DNA of 57,382 nucleotides from Octopus sinensis (GCF_006345805.1 NW_021833628.1:1-57382), one strand, 5' to 3'; shown: positions 38,562 through 50,753, numbered from the stretch's first letter. Numbers and translations are program-made. The notes: generated by a model not told the origin, from the letters alone.

Positions 38562-38614
38562 TGAGAACGTACGTTTCAAGATTAGTCAAAATCGACATTT
38601 CTATCATCAGCTCA
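38562..38614 (-). ncRNA. Candidate minimal type I hammerhead (left arm)
   Basis: Minus strand: TGAG-CTGATGA-T[AGA..GTC GATTTT GAC..TCT]T-GAA-ACGTACGT-T-CTCA. Helix I is 4 bp and helix III is an 8-nt palindrome; the canonical G10.1-C11.1 pair is replaced by U.U. Confidence 0.55.
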
Positions 38615-38827
38615 GAACTCTCTATTTAAATGCCTCGGATTTTACCGAAAAAAGCATAGTGTTTGCTGATTTTAACCCACGCTGGTGGAAAGGGGAGAGC
38701 AGAAATTCTTCGCTTGCATATTTGAGTTTGCTGGCACTGTTAGTTTCGAGCGGATCTTCAGAAGCGATAAGAAGCCGAAAGGGTATGCTCCCACTTTCAG
38801 TGTTTTCAAATCCAAACCAGGGAGTTC

Positions 38828-38880
38828 TGAGCTGATGATAGAAATGTCGATTTTGAATAATCTTGAAACGTACGTTCTCA
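38828..38880 (+). ncRNA. Candidate minimal type I hammerhead (right arm)
   Basis: TGAG-CTGATGA-TAGAAATGTCGATTTTGAATAATCTT-GAA-ACGTACGT-T-CTCA; one C>A change weakens helix II relative to the left copy. Confidence 0.5.
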
Positions 38881-39128
38881 AATAACCTTTGCATTTGATT
38901 TTTTAATATCTCTACCCCCATACTTTCGTGAGTTGAATTGAGCAAACACTATATGAGAGAGGTTTTCTTTAAGTATTAGAAATAGTTTTATAAATGTTTT
39001 TTTAGCTGCTATTTCTAATGAGTTCAGTATGCGGCAAAGTAATTTATTTTACTAAGCCCTTTTATATAATGTAATAATTTGTATATATATATATATATAA
39101 ACGTTTTCTTAAAGCATACATACATACA

Positions 39129-39162
<34 letters not shown>

Positions 39163-39169
39163 TTCCGGA

Positions 39170-39218
39170 GTTTTAAAGTCCTTCGACAAAACGTTTTCTT
39201 AAAGCATACATACATACA

Positions 39219-39260
<42 letters not shown>

Positions 39261-39320
39261 ATATATATGCATGTATGTATGTATGCTTTAAGAAAACGTT
39301 TTGTCGAAGGACTTTAAAAC
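39170..39320. repeat. Perfect palindrome: 52-bp arms centred on a (TA)n tract
   Basis: GTTTTAAAGTCCTTCGACAAAACGTTTTCTTAAAGCATACATACATACATGC-(TA)n-GCATGTATGTATGTATGCTTTAAGAAAACGTTTTGTCGAAGGACTTTAAAAC. Confidence 0.95.
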
Positions 39321-39609
39321 ATTTAACGTGAATGATACGTCTGCTATATTTTTGTTTCTTTGCTGTTTTTGTTGTTTTTTCTCGTTTTTCTTCTTTTTGC
39401 CTTCTCTGCTTTCTTCTACACTCCCCTGTGCATCGATTTACGAGCGTAATAAACATACAGTCGTACAGACAGAGACTTACATGCGAAAATGTATAAATGC
39501 ACACACACACAGATATACAAACTCACACATATTTATGATAATCTAGAAAAGCAACCATGTGTGGTATTGCTCGAATGGTCGAACGGTCGAATGCTCGAAA
39601 GCACCAGTT

Positions 39610-39642
<33 letters not shown>

Positions 39643-40402
39643 TTATTTCAGGATTACTCAATAAAAGAGAAAAGTTTCCTTATTTCCTCATGAGTAATCA
39701 ACAAAGGTGGGCGGGAGACAGATGACAAAGCATTTTACACACACCACAGGTGAATACACTGGTACACATATACTCAAAAACATACAGACATACACAGAGG
39801 TAAACTGGTACGCGAACACACCTGTACACATCCAACTGTAAACAACACACACACATACACATACACATACAGCACTCAATCCTCGCTATAATAAACAAAC
39901 AACTTCAATCCATCAAGATCACCTGTCACCATCAACCATGACGCGAGCAACAACACCAACATCAACAAGAACAATAACAAACAAAAAAGAAAAAATCAAT
40001 TTATCTTATTGTTTTCGATTCCATTATATCTCCTTGATCGAGTTTGTCCAATCGATTGTTGGTCAATAACGCAAGTGTGCTAAGTAAACCTTGGTTACAG
40101 GTCCATAGCTCAGCAACAAATATCTATTTGAAAGAAACTGGATGCCGTATATCATGTGTATATAAACTTTTGAACATACATGGTGTCATAGTTTTTGTTG
40201 TTATTGTTTTTTCTTTCGTTGTTATAGTTGTTATCGTGGTTTTCGTTGAAACTGGACACAAATATATGATGTAGATATCTTTTAGCTTTTATCTTTTCCT
40301 TGTGGCAGCCATTATACTGCTACCATGCTGGAGCAACGTGGTGAAGAAACCTATACTAGCACTTATGCTAGTATATGCTGTATATATATGTGTGTGTGCG
40401 TG

Positions 40403-40447
<45 letters not shown>

Positions 40448-40460
40448 ATCTGTATATATA

Positions 40461-41660
40461 CAGGGTGTCCCAAAAAATGTATATACATTTTAAATAATTG
40501 CAAAGTATGTGTCTATTAAAATACATTTCATTTTTAAAATTTAATAGAATCTACAGACATTGTTTTATTATTTTGTCAAACTCTACTTTCAAACTGACGT
40601 CTGTTCTGTCCTAGGCATCATGAAACAATCCGTTTGATATTTGTGTGCATTCTCATTCAGTGGTTGCTCTCAAATCAGTGATTGTTGCAGGTATCATAGC
40701 GAAGACTTTGTCTTTTAGGTATCCCTATAAAAAAAAATCTTGTGGTGTGAGGTCTGGTGAATGTGGAGTGTATTCAACGAAATCCCTTCCTCCAATCCAA
40801 CTGTTTGGCAATATCTCATCAAGGAAGGATCTAACATAGCGATGGTAGTGTAGGAGTGCCTCATCTTGCTGAAAATAAAACTCCTCATCTTCAAAGTCTT
40901 CTCTAATGCTTGGCATGACCGACTGTCGTAGCAAGTGCAAGTAAACGGGACCAGTTGCAATAGAGTCAAAAATGAATGATCCAATTAATCCTCTTGATGA
41001 TAAACCACACCACAATGTAACTCCTGATAAATTTACATGGTGTTCCACCATAACATGCAGATCCTCAGGTACCCCGTAGGTACAACTGTAGCGGTTAATT
41101 GCACCATTTAATTTGAATGTGTCCTCATCACTCCACAATCTTTGTTGGAATGTGTGCATCTTCTACACATCGTGCCAAGTAGCACTCGTAATACTGCATT
41201 CTTCGGTCTGGATCATCGTCATTAACAGCATGGACTAATCTTGGAACGTAACTTGCCCATTGACAACGCTTCAAAATGCGTTGGACAGACGACTTTGAAA
41301 TACCTACCTCACGACTCGCTTGCTTGAACTTTCGTGATACGTTTCCACTCCTTCTTGCTTTGTATGGGTTGTCGATGTTCGTGGTCTTCTGGAACACTTC
41401 TCGAGGACATTATGAACAGTTCCATCGGCTTCAAACTTACCTCTAATTCGAGCGATGGTAAGTCACGTTTGTGGATCTATTTGAAACTCCCTCCTAAACT
41501 GTCTTTGCTCTTCAACTGCCTTTTCACACTTCCAATAGCATCTTAGAATAAATTTCCTTTCTTCAAAGATTAGTCTAACTGCCATCATTAATTCCAGTGA
41601 GTTTAATCTGGAAAGAAAAAAAACATCAATTGAGTCATCAGCTGCTAAAGTGGGTGTCCA
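40461..41660 (-). mobile_element. Decayed Tc1/mariner-superfamily transposon with DD41D spacing (rosa/VS-type, DUF4817-like N-terminus)
   Basis: EERKFILRCYWK..EQRQFRREF..TIARIRGKFEADGTV; [24 protein letters not shown]; WSDE...FQQD(x41)DFFL; TA|CAGGGTGTCCCAAAA TIR at 40461. The other TIR is degraded (TGGACACCCAC remnant near 41655). Several stops and frameshifts. Confidence 0.9.
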
Positions 41661-41889
41661 TATCTCTCTCTCTCTCTCTCTCTTTATATATATATATACA
41701 TTTACATGTACATATATATATTTAAATCTGGTACTTGCTATCTCACCCTCTTAAACCGAGCAGATATGTTACGGTGACGTAAACGAATTGACAACAGTTC
41801 TCAAATATACGAGGCATACATAAAGACTAAGGCACATACGAACATAGAAACACACAAACACACACATACACACACACACACGCACACGC

Positions 41890-41921
<32 letters not shown>

Positions 41922-42139
41922 GCCACCCACACACAAACACACAACTTCAGATTCACAAGTATGAATCCACATTGACAGGTACGAACACATATTTTTTCTT
42001 AATATCTTAGAATATAAATGTGTAAAAAAAAAATACTTAGCACTAAAAGATTTAGCAACGCATTCTTTTCTTTATTCCTACCAATAACAGATTTATATTA
42101 ACTTATTTGAAACACTGTGTATTATATAAATAATTTATA

Positions 42140-42553
42140 TACTCTTTTACTCGTTTACATGTTTCAGTCATTTGACTGTGGCCATGCTGGAGCACTGCTT
42201 TGTAGTCGAGCAAATCGACCCCAGGACTTACTCTTTGTAAGCCTAGTACTTATTCTATCGGTCTCTTTTTGCCGAACCGCTAAGTTACGGGGACGTAAAC
42301 ACACCATCATCGGTTGTCAAGCAATGTTGGAGACGGGGACAAACACAAAACACACACACACACATATATATATAAACATATACTTATATACGACGGGCTT
42401 CTTTCAGTTTCCGTCTACTAAATCCACTAACAAGGCTTTGGTCGGCCCGAGGCTATACTAGAAGACACTTTCCCAAGGCCCCACACGGTGGGACTGAACC
42501 CGGAACCATGTGGTTGGTAAGCAAGCTACTTACCACATAGCCACTCCTACGCC
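42140..42553 (-). mobile_element. Family A SINE, full length
   Basis: Colinear with 34878-35288; head GGCGTAGGAGTGGCTATGTGG on the minus strand. Confidence 0.92.
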
Positions 42554-43517
42554 TTAAGAATATATAACCATATTCTTTAAACAGCTAGAATCTCTTTAGA
42601 GCAATATTTCCTAATATCTAATTTTTATATATAACATTTGTTACTAAACTAAACTTAATGAACGAAACATCGAAATCACTGTCAATTTCCAATAAGGAAT
42701 ATTTCACTCTATGCAAAGTGTTAATTTTTTTTATTCAGTTAGAGTATATATGTATATAAGTATGAATGCATGTATGCATGTATTCTTGTATGTTTGTATG
42801 TATGCATATATGCATCTATGTATGCATGCAGTCCGTATGTATGTGCATGTATGTAGTTATGGATGTATGTTTGTATGTATCTATATATATATATATATAC
42901 ATATACACACATACATACATATATATATATAAATATGTATGTATGATATATATATATATATATATATGTATGATATATATTATATAATATATATAATATA
43001 TATATATATATATTATATATAATATATATATAATATATATATATAATGAATATAACAGTTAAGCGAAAGCTAAGTGAAAGTACTGTGGCTTCTTGGTGGA
43101 CAGAAGTCTAATGCAGATAGATTTAATGCAGTCGTACTAATGGGTTTATATATTTTAATAAATGTTATTAATATTTGAAAATATTTACTAACAAATGTTG
43201 TTAAATGTAAAAAGAGAAGAAAAAAACATGTTAATATTGCTCAAAACAGATTCCAGCTGTTTAAAGAATATGTATATATAAATTATTTTTATGTCGTAGC
43301 AGTTTAAATAAGTTAATATAAATTTGTTACTGGTAGGATTAAAAAAAATAATCAGTTGTTAAGTCTTTAAGCAATAAAGTTGTTTTATATATGTGTGTGT
43401 GTGTGTGTATCTGTGCATACATATATACATACATATATATATATATATATAAATATTTATATACATATATATACATATATATATATATACACACGCACAT
43501 TTACACAAACACTCACA

Positions 43518-43582
<65 letters not shown>

Positions 43583-43812
43583 TTTTTTAATAATATGTTA
43601 AGCAATGTTCTCAGGAAAAGTTTTCAGTGTTGCTATGGTTATGTGATACTTGTGTATCTAATCTTGTGAGCTTTTGTGTGCTGCGTGTGTGCAGTGATAT
43701 ATTATATATTATATGTATACATAGATACATAAATAAACACACACATACATATATATATAGCAAATCTACAAAAAGAACAAACATGAAAAAACAACTATGC
43801 AAGGACGTGGTA

Positions 43813-43844
<32 letters not shown>

Positions 43845-43845
<1 letters not shown>

Positions 43846-44230
43846 TAGCAGTATCGCCCGGCGTTGCCTCGGGTTTGTTTCGACCCTTTAGAATTGGAAT
43901 TTTTGAAAAGTTAAAATTTTGCATTATGTAGCTTTTTATTCTCTTTAAGCGCATATATTTCTGGTTGAAATACTCCGAAAAATGGCAACATCACAGTCAA
44001 AGTATCGTAAAAAATAGGGCTTTTCAGAGAAAAACAGCACCTTTTTGATGTAAATAATATTTGCTGTTAACATGGTCCGATTTGAATTTCTCCTACGGAA
44101 GGAAGACCAAGCCTTCTTCTATCATACTCTCAATTATGGTCAACTTGCGCCGCAGGGTCTCGGAGGAAATAGTGTTAGTTGAAGGCTACCAAGCCTGCCA
44201 TACACAGACAACTTCGGCTTTATATATATA
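43845..44230 (-). mobile_element. Non-autonomous Helitron, different internal sequence
   Basis: TA|CTAGCAGTATCGCCCGGCGTTGCCTCGGG is the reverse complement of the hairpin-CTAG 3' end; the 5' end merges into (TA)n. Confidence 0.8.
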
Positions 44231-44650
44231 TATATATATATATAAATATATATGTGTGTGTGTGTGTGTGTAAAAATAAAGGCAGCAGTGTCTAACTCCC
44301 TCATTCGTCAAATACCATCTGTTAAAGAAGGAATAATGAACACCAGCATGATCAAAGCTGTAACATAGAGACAGACAGACAGAGGTAGGGAAGGAGAGCG
44401 GGAGGGAGAGAAAAAGGGGGAGAGAAAGAGAGAAAGTGACAGAGAGAGAGAGAGAGAGAGAGTGAGTAAAAGATACACAGATAAACATACACACACACAC
44501 ATATATATATACATGCATTCTCACATACACATATACATACATACACATATACATACATACACATATACATACATACAGATATACATACATACAAACATAC
44601 ATATCTATTTATCTATCTATATATTATCATCTATTCTATATATCTATATA

Positions 44651-44702
<52 letters not shown>

Positions 44703-44771
44703 GGAGTAAATCCAAACTTACAGGGAAAAATTAGATTTAGGATTAAATCCAATTTCACAGTATAAATATAA

Positions 44772-44925
44772 ATTAAATTAGAGATAAAACCACTATTAGG
44801 CAAATCAAACAGTGAAAATCATAAACCAAATTTTGTATATTATATTAATTAATTTTATTTCTATGTTTTGGTTTATGTTTTTCATTGTTTGATTTGCCTA
44901 ATAGTGGTTTTATCTCTAATTTAAT
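44772..44925. repeat. Fold-back inverted repeat, 59-bp arms (57/59 identical), 36-nt spacer
   Basis: ATTAAATTAGAGATAAAACCACTATTAGGCAAATCAAACAGTGAAAATCATAAACCAAA / TTTGGTTTATGTTTTTCATTGTTTGATTTGCCTAATAGTGGTTTTATCTCTAATTTAAT. Confidence 0.93.
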
Positions 44926-44989
44926 ATATATATATTCCTTTTAAGTAAGATTGTTCTTTATATCAAGTTTTGTTCTTGATATTAACTTT

Positions 44990-45690
44990 GATGCGCACTC
45001 TTAACCTTTCTGTCCCATCCCTTTTTCAGCCTTCATTCTTTGATTTCCTTTTCCTCTACTTAACTTGTCTCTTCTTCTCTCTCATTCTTCACTCTCTCTC
45101 TCTCTCCCCCTCTTCATTCTTCATGGTTTCCTCGCAGCCATTCCCCTTCTTCTCTCCCTTTCTCTTGCTCCTCCTCCCCCCTCCCGTCGTTGACCCGCGA
45201 TGAGACTTCCGCTGCTGTCTTTCTGGCCTGGCCCTCTCAAGGTATGGACGACAATTCTTTTTGCTCCGCTCGTCGTTCATAGAAAAATCCGCGTTCGCAA
45301 TACTTTTTTTCGTTCGGCGTTAACAGCCCTCCTTATCTTGTTTTTCTTTGTCCTGTCTTTTACTGTTTATAATTTGTACTGTCGTTACTGTCCTGTTTTT
45401 GTTACCATTTTTTTACCCTTCTGCGAAAAGATCTCAGAATTTTAATTGATTTGCTTTTCGCAGGAAGGAAAGTTTCTTGTGGAAGATACGTCTCGCTTTC
45501 ACCTTCGAAACGTACAGTAGATGATACCATAGCGACTGAAGAAGGGGTTTTTTCTTTGTGTTAATTGTCCTGTACTCTATATTTTGGTTGTTTAAAAAAT
45601 GTCCAGTTCCTTTGGTTTGTGTCTATGTTTTCGTTTCTCATTGTGTTCGACGTCTTTTTGGTGTCCTGTACTCATATATGCGTGTATATG
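44990..45690 (+). repeat. Pyrimidine/T-rich interspersed element ending at (TA)n, possibly a PLE pLTR
   Basis: 3' end shared with 868-965; contains a 10-bp IR (45421-45430/45454-45463) and hammerhead-like half motifs CGAAACGT (45506) and CTGAAGAAGGG (45536). Confidence 0.45.
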
Positions 45691-45806
45691 TACATGTAGA
45701 GGTAGGTACGTACATACATGTTTATATATATGCATATGTTTTATTTTATTTATTAATATATATATATATATAATATATATATATATATATTTTATATATA
45801 TATATA

Positions 45807-45867
<61 letters not shown>

Positions 45868-45931
45868 GAGAAGAATAAGAGGGGTCTTTCCAGGACTATC
45901 TTTTGGATAAAAAATGCTCCACAGCATTTTT

Positions 45932-46526
45932 ACGGATAAAACCGGGAATCTTTACTCCTCCTCCCGGTTGATACCTATGCTAAGTTCATATGCAGCGGAC
46001 TTAGCAGAAGTTATATACACGCCCTTAGGAATGCTCTTAAGGATATTAGCAAACTCCATTTCAAGCTTATCGTGAACCTCGGATTACTGGATAGAACTGA
46101 GCCATATATACCTACCCCTACACACTTTACCTTTAACGATCATAAACACAATTTCATAAAAGCTTCTATTAGACTTATTTACCCAATAAAATCAGATTTA
46201 GATCACATTATATGCATAATCGACCGAATTTTACCTGCAGTAAAAAGCAAAGTAAGCTTTCACATTGGAATTGTAATAGTAACGTGTCGTATTTACCCAC
46301 TTCAGTTCGATATTTCCAACTACAGCACCTACTAAATTTATTAAATAAGGCACAGATATTTGCAATAAAATTCGCACCCCTCTCTCGCTCTGACATCGAT
46401 ATCATCCGAGCAGCTAGAAAAACACTTCTATATGTAAACAGTAATTACTAGTCCCGTAAATCGTCAGTGGATCTATTTGATATAAACCTGGGCTCATCCG
46501 ACTCTGCTTAGGTTACCGACCTGTTT
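45932..46526 (+). pseudogene. Penelope-like element reverse transcriptase fragment, heavily frameshifted
   Basis: TDKTGNLY; TFNDHKHNFIKASIRLIYPIKSDL..IIDRI; QFDISNY; LLNKAQIFA; DIDIIRAARKTLLY; DLFDINLGSSDSA*VTDL. These match the PLE RT motifs ADKTxNxY, KDHKxNF..RLINPxKSE, FDIxxFYPSI, ARKSLLF, FDVTMGSYDGAEVCELVG. Confidence 0.88.
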
Positions 46527-46952
46527 AGATACTTCCTTCTTTTCCCAAATTAACTAACTCTTTCCCAACTTATCCGGAGTTTTGTACAAAGTCGATGTCA
46601 TTCTTAGATTCTTAGATTCTTAGATTCTTTAAAGATTATAATCTTTCTATTTCATTTGTAAAATAACACGAAAGTAGCTAACTATTAAATGTCACTCTCG
46701 TCCAAGATGCACATATATGTAAAAATAAACAGCAAAAAGTCCCAATATTACTTCAATCTAGGTGGATAAAATAAGTACCAGCTGAGTACTGGGGACGATG
46801 TGATAGGCTAGCTGTGCCAAGAACTGAAACCAATATTACCGTATCCCGAAAAGAGGCGAAGTAATTCAAGAAAAGTTTATAATATATTCGAGATCTTCAC
46901 ATTTCCAATAGACTGCAAGGAAGTCTCTGTCTGTCTGTCTGTCTGTCTGTCA

Positions 46953-47009
<57 letters not shown>

Positions 47010-47175
47010 ATACACACACACAAGCATATTTACATACACACACATACACACTCACATATGTAAGTATATATGTATATATTATATGTATACGTATATATCT
47101 ATTATGCTTTCTTGGGTACATCAGTATATATGTATATATTTAGGTATGCCTGTTTGGTTATATTTGTGGTACATG

Positions 47176-47322
47176 TATGGTAAGAAACTTGCATCTCAAC
47201 CACAAGGTTCCGGGATCAGTCTCACTGCATGGCACCTTGGGCAGGTGTCGTCTGCCGTAACCTCGGGTCGACAAAAGCCTTGTGAGTGGATGTGTTAGAC
47301 GGAAACTGAAAGAAGCCCGTCG
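47176..47322 (+). mobile_element. Family A SINE, 5' half
   Basis: GGTAAGAAACTTGC..GGCACCTTGGGCAGGTGTC..GACGGAAACTGAAAGAAGCCCGTCG. Confidence 0.8.
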
Positions 47323-47528
47323 TTTATATATATATTAGTACAGCTGTCGTCCGTGCATCACCGATATTCCTCTCTGTGCCTGTCAAATATTGCATCCCTG
47401 CCGTAAGGCTTTATTTCCACACACACCAGCTAAATTCAATTGGTCCTTAGTCGAAAAACATCTTTTGTTATGTCCTGTTATTATTATTTTTATTGTATTT
47501 GTGTAACATTCTCCGTTTTGTATATATA

Positions 47529-47600
47529 TAGTGAATCCGAACAAAGAACAAAATATAAAACAATAACGCGAGGACGTGTTTGAAGTATTGTATTATCAGA
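47529..47600 (-). repeat. 3' end fragment of the hammerhead-bearing element at 50866-51070, abutting (TA)n
   Basis: AATCCGAACAA...ACAATAACGCGAGGACGTG is the reverse complement of CACGTCCTCGCGTTGTTG...TTTGGATTAAC. Confidence 0.7.
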
Positions 47601-47603
47601 TCA

Positions 47604-47774
47604 GGCGCAGGAGTGGCTCTGTGGTAAGTAGCTTGTTTACCAACCACATGGTTCCTGGTTCAGTCCCACTGCGTGACACCTTAGGCAAGTGTCTTCTACT
47701 ATAGCCTCGGGCCGACCAAAGCCTTGTGAGTGGATTTGGTAGACGGAAACTGAAAGAAGTCTGTCGTATATATG

Positions 47775-47815
<41 letters not shown>

Positions 47816-48030
47816 TTGTGTGTCTGTCTTTGTCCCCCTAGCATTACTTGACAACCGATGCTGGTGTGTTTATGTCCCCGCTACTTAGCGGTTCGACAAA
47901 AGAGACCGATAGAATAAGTACTGGGCTTACAAAAGAATAAGTCCCAGGGTCGAGTTGCTCGATTAAAGGCGGTGCTCCAGCATGGCCGCAGTCAAATGAC
48001 TGAAACAAGTAAAAGAGAGAGTAAAGAGAG
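47604..48030 (+). mobile_element. Family A SINE, full length
   Basis: GGCGCAGGAGTGGCTCTGTGGTAAG ... TGACTGAAACAAGTAAAAGAG tail. Confidence 0.93.
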
Positions 48031-48623
48031 ATGCTCAGGGGGGAGAGTCGTTCTCTTTTTGTGCCTTATTATTTAACCCATTCACCTTTTCAATGGTGGT
48101 TCACTCAACGAATTTTGAAGAGGTTGCAAGGCGCAACGAAAATGACTCTCCCAAACACAACGAAATATGCTGATACTTAGTTGTACCTATACTTATTTGT
48201 ATATATACTTATTTGTATATATAGCTACCCCATATTCATTTATAATCAGACACACACACATGTATATGTACATATCTATATATCTATATATGTAACTCAT
48301 GTGTGTGTGTGTTTGTATGTATATGTGTGTGTGTCTGTGTGAGTGTTTTTATTCGTGTGTATATTTGTATGTATAATATGCATTTCTCCTGCCTAAATAA
48401 AATACCGCAGCCCAAAAGAGCTTAAAAAAAACACGGATGTTAAGTTTGAGACACCGACAATATTCATTTAATACGGTGCTTTTAACTCAAAATCTGAACA
48501 TGTGTGTGAATACGTATACACACACATAAATACACACACACACGCATATAAAAACACATATATCTATATGGCCACAATCAAATGACTGAAACAAGTAAAG
48601 AGAGTAAAAAAAATATATATATA

Positions 48624-48819
48624 CTTTTACTCTTTTGACTGCTGCCAAGCTGGAGCACCGCCTCTAGTCGATCAAATCGACCCCAGAACTTATACTTTGT
48701 AAGCCTTGTACTTATTTTATCGGTCTCTTTTGCCAAACTAATAAGTTACGGAGACGTAAACACACCAGCATCGGTTGTCAAGCGATGGTAGAAGGAGAAA
48801 CACAAACACACACACACGA

Positions 48820-48820
<1 letters not shown>
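48624..48820 (-). mobile_element. Family A SINE, 3' half
   Basis: CTGGAGCACCGCCTCTAGTCGATCAAATCGACCCC...GTAAACACACCAGCATCGGTTGTCAAGCGATG. Confidence 0.85.
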
Positions 48821-48894
<74 letters not shown>

Positions 48895-48896
<2 letters not shown>

Positions 48897-49320
48897 CGCA
48901 GGAGTGGCTGTGTGGTAAGTAGCTGTTTACCAACCACATGGTTCCGGGTTCCGTCCCACTGCGTGGCACCTTGGGCAAGTGTCTTCTACTATAGCCTCGG
49001 GCCAACCAAAGCCTTGTGAGTGGATATGGTAGACGGAAACTGAAAGAAGTCTGTCGTATATATGTATATATATTTATATATGTGTGTGTGTGTGTGTGTG
49101 TTTGTGTGTCTGTGTTTGTCCCCCTAGCATTGCTTGACAACCGATGCCGGTGTGTTTATGTCCCCGTTACTTAGCGGTTCGGCAAAAGAGACCGATAGAA
49201 TAAGTACTGGGCTTACAAAAGAATATGTCTCGGGGTCGATTTGCTCGATTAAAAGGCGGTGCTCCAGCATGGCCGCAGTCAAATGACTGAAACAAGTAAA
49301 AGAGTAAAAGAGTAAAAGAA
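48895..49320 (+). mobile_element. Family A SINE, full length
   Basis: GGCGCAGGAGTGGCTGTGTGGTAAG ... (AAAGAGT)n tail. Confidence 0.93.
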
Positions 49321-49744
49321 TATATATACATATGAAGACTGCGAAACGAACTTTTTAACCTTTGGTCTCAAAGATAAATAATAAAAGAGGAACACGAAGG
49401 AAATCAAGACAAATAAATATACATAATTAGAGAAATAAGCGAAACTAAAACAGCACAGGAATGTCCAAGACGTGAATGAACGGCAACGACTTTAACCAAC
49501 AAAGGAAGAAAAAAAAAGAAAAGGAGCGATTCAGGCCGTCAGACCAAAAGCATTAACAGAGCAACACCACACGAGCCTCAGCATCGCCAGCAACAACATC
49601 AGCTACAACAACAATGAAAGTAATGATAGGGACTATAACAAAAGCAGTACCGTAAAAAAACACACAAAATCAACATACAAATAAATCCTACGATTTGAAC
49701 GAAAAAACAAATTAAACACAACCGAAACACATAAATCATAATTA

Positions 49745-50753
49745 CTGACACCATCAAACACAGCAACATCAGAACCTTCGCTGATGATTCCAAGCTCCAG
49801 AAGGTCATCAATGGCGTGGATGACCGAATAAACCTTCAGTCAGACCTACTGGCTGTTGTCCAATGGGCGGAAAAGAATAACATGTTGCTAAATGAAGACA
49901 AATTCGAACTGATCCACTTTGGAAGGGAGGACGCTCTGAAACTCCCATACTCTCTTCCTTCTGGAGAAATTCTCATGGCATCCAACAACATCAGAGACCT
50001 GGGAGTAACAGTGGACAACAACATAAGCTGGGCTACACATATAAGCAGCAAAGTTGACATGGCCGCGCAGAATGTGTTCCTGGATTCTCAGAACCTTCCA
50101 GTCGAGAGATTCCCACGCTATTATCCTTCTCTTCTCCACTTTTGCCCGACCCCACCTTGAATACTGCTGTCCACTGTGGTCTCCCTACACAAAACAAAAT
50201 ATTATGAGAATTGAAGCTCCCCAAAGATCAATCACAAAAAAGATAGATGGCATGTCAGACCTTGACTACTGGGGTAGACTAGAGAAGCTGAAATTGTATT
50301 CACTCCAACGACGCCCCGTGAACGCTACATTATCTGTATGATGTGGAAAATATTCCATCAGCACTGTCCGAATGATGTTGGCATCACCTTCAAAATGCAT
50401 CCAAGGCTTGGACCACGTGCCATCCGTCCACAACCAAAATCTAAATCGCATCACATAACGACAATACGGCACAACTATTTCACCTCAATTGGACCCGCTC
50501 TCTTCAACATTACACCAGGACACGTCAAAAAGAAACTGACCACACAAAATTCAAGAAGTCTTTGGACAAATTCCTTCAAACAGTACCGGACAAACCACCC
50601 ACACCCGGATATGTCTCCGCAAACAATAACTCTCTGCTCGAATGGGCCTTGGTGCCCAAACCTGAACTGAAAGACTTCGCCAGGTGGTGCTATTAAGTTA
50701 GACATGGCCTGGGCCAATACTGGCCAAAAACCTTTCTAAGTTATTCTAAGTTA
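49745..50753 (+). mobile_element. CR1-group LINE, 5'-truncated, two frameshifts, (TTCTAAGTTA)2 tail
   Basis: IRTFADDSKL (FADD at 49777), NNMLLNEDKF, IRDLGVTVD, RPHLEYCCPLWSPY, RLEKLKLYSLQRR/RERYIICMMWKI, GPALFN; frameshifts near 50063 and 50312. Confidence 0.92.

Larger units (their letters stand above)
38363..39081. repeat. 719-bp fold-back element: 258/260-bp inverted arms with a 201-bp spacer
   Basis: Arms 38363-38620 and 38822-39081 differ by 2 substitutions and 2 homopolymer lengths; the ORF track shows the same MLNSTHESMGVE... peptide on both strands. Confidence 0.97.

Noticed and set aside
38497-38945. Identical N-terminal ORFs on both strands as a gene pair
   Set aside because: A consequence of the inverted repeat, not of coding.
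49777-49790. CTGATGA hammerhead core
   Set aside because: It is the FADD codons of the LINE RT.
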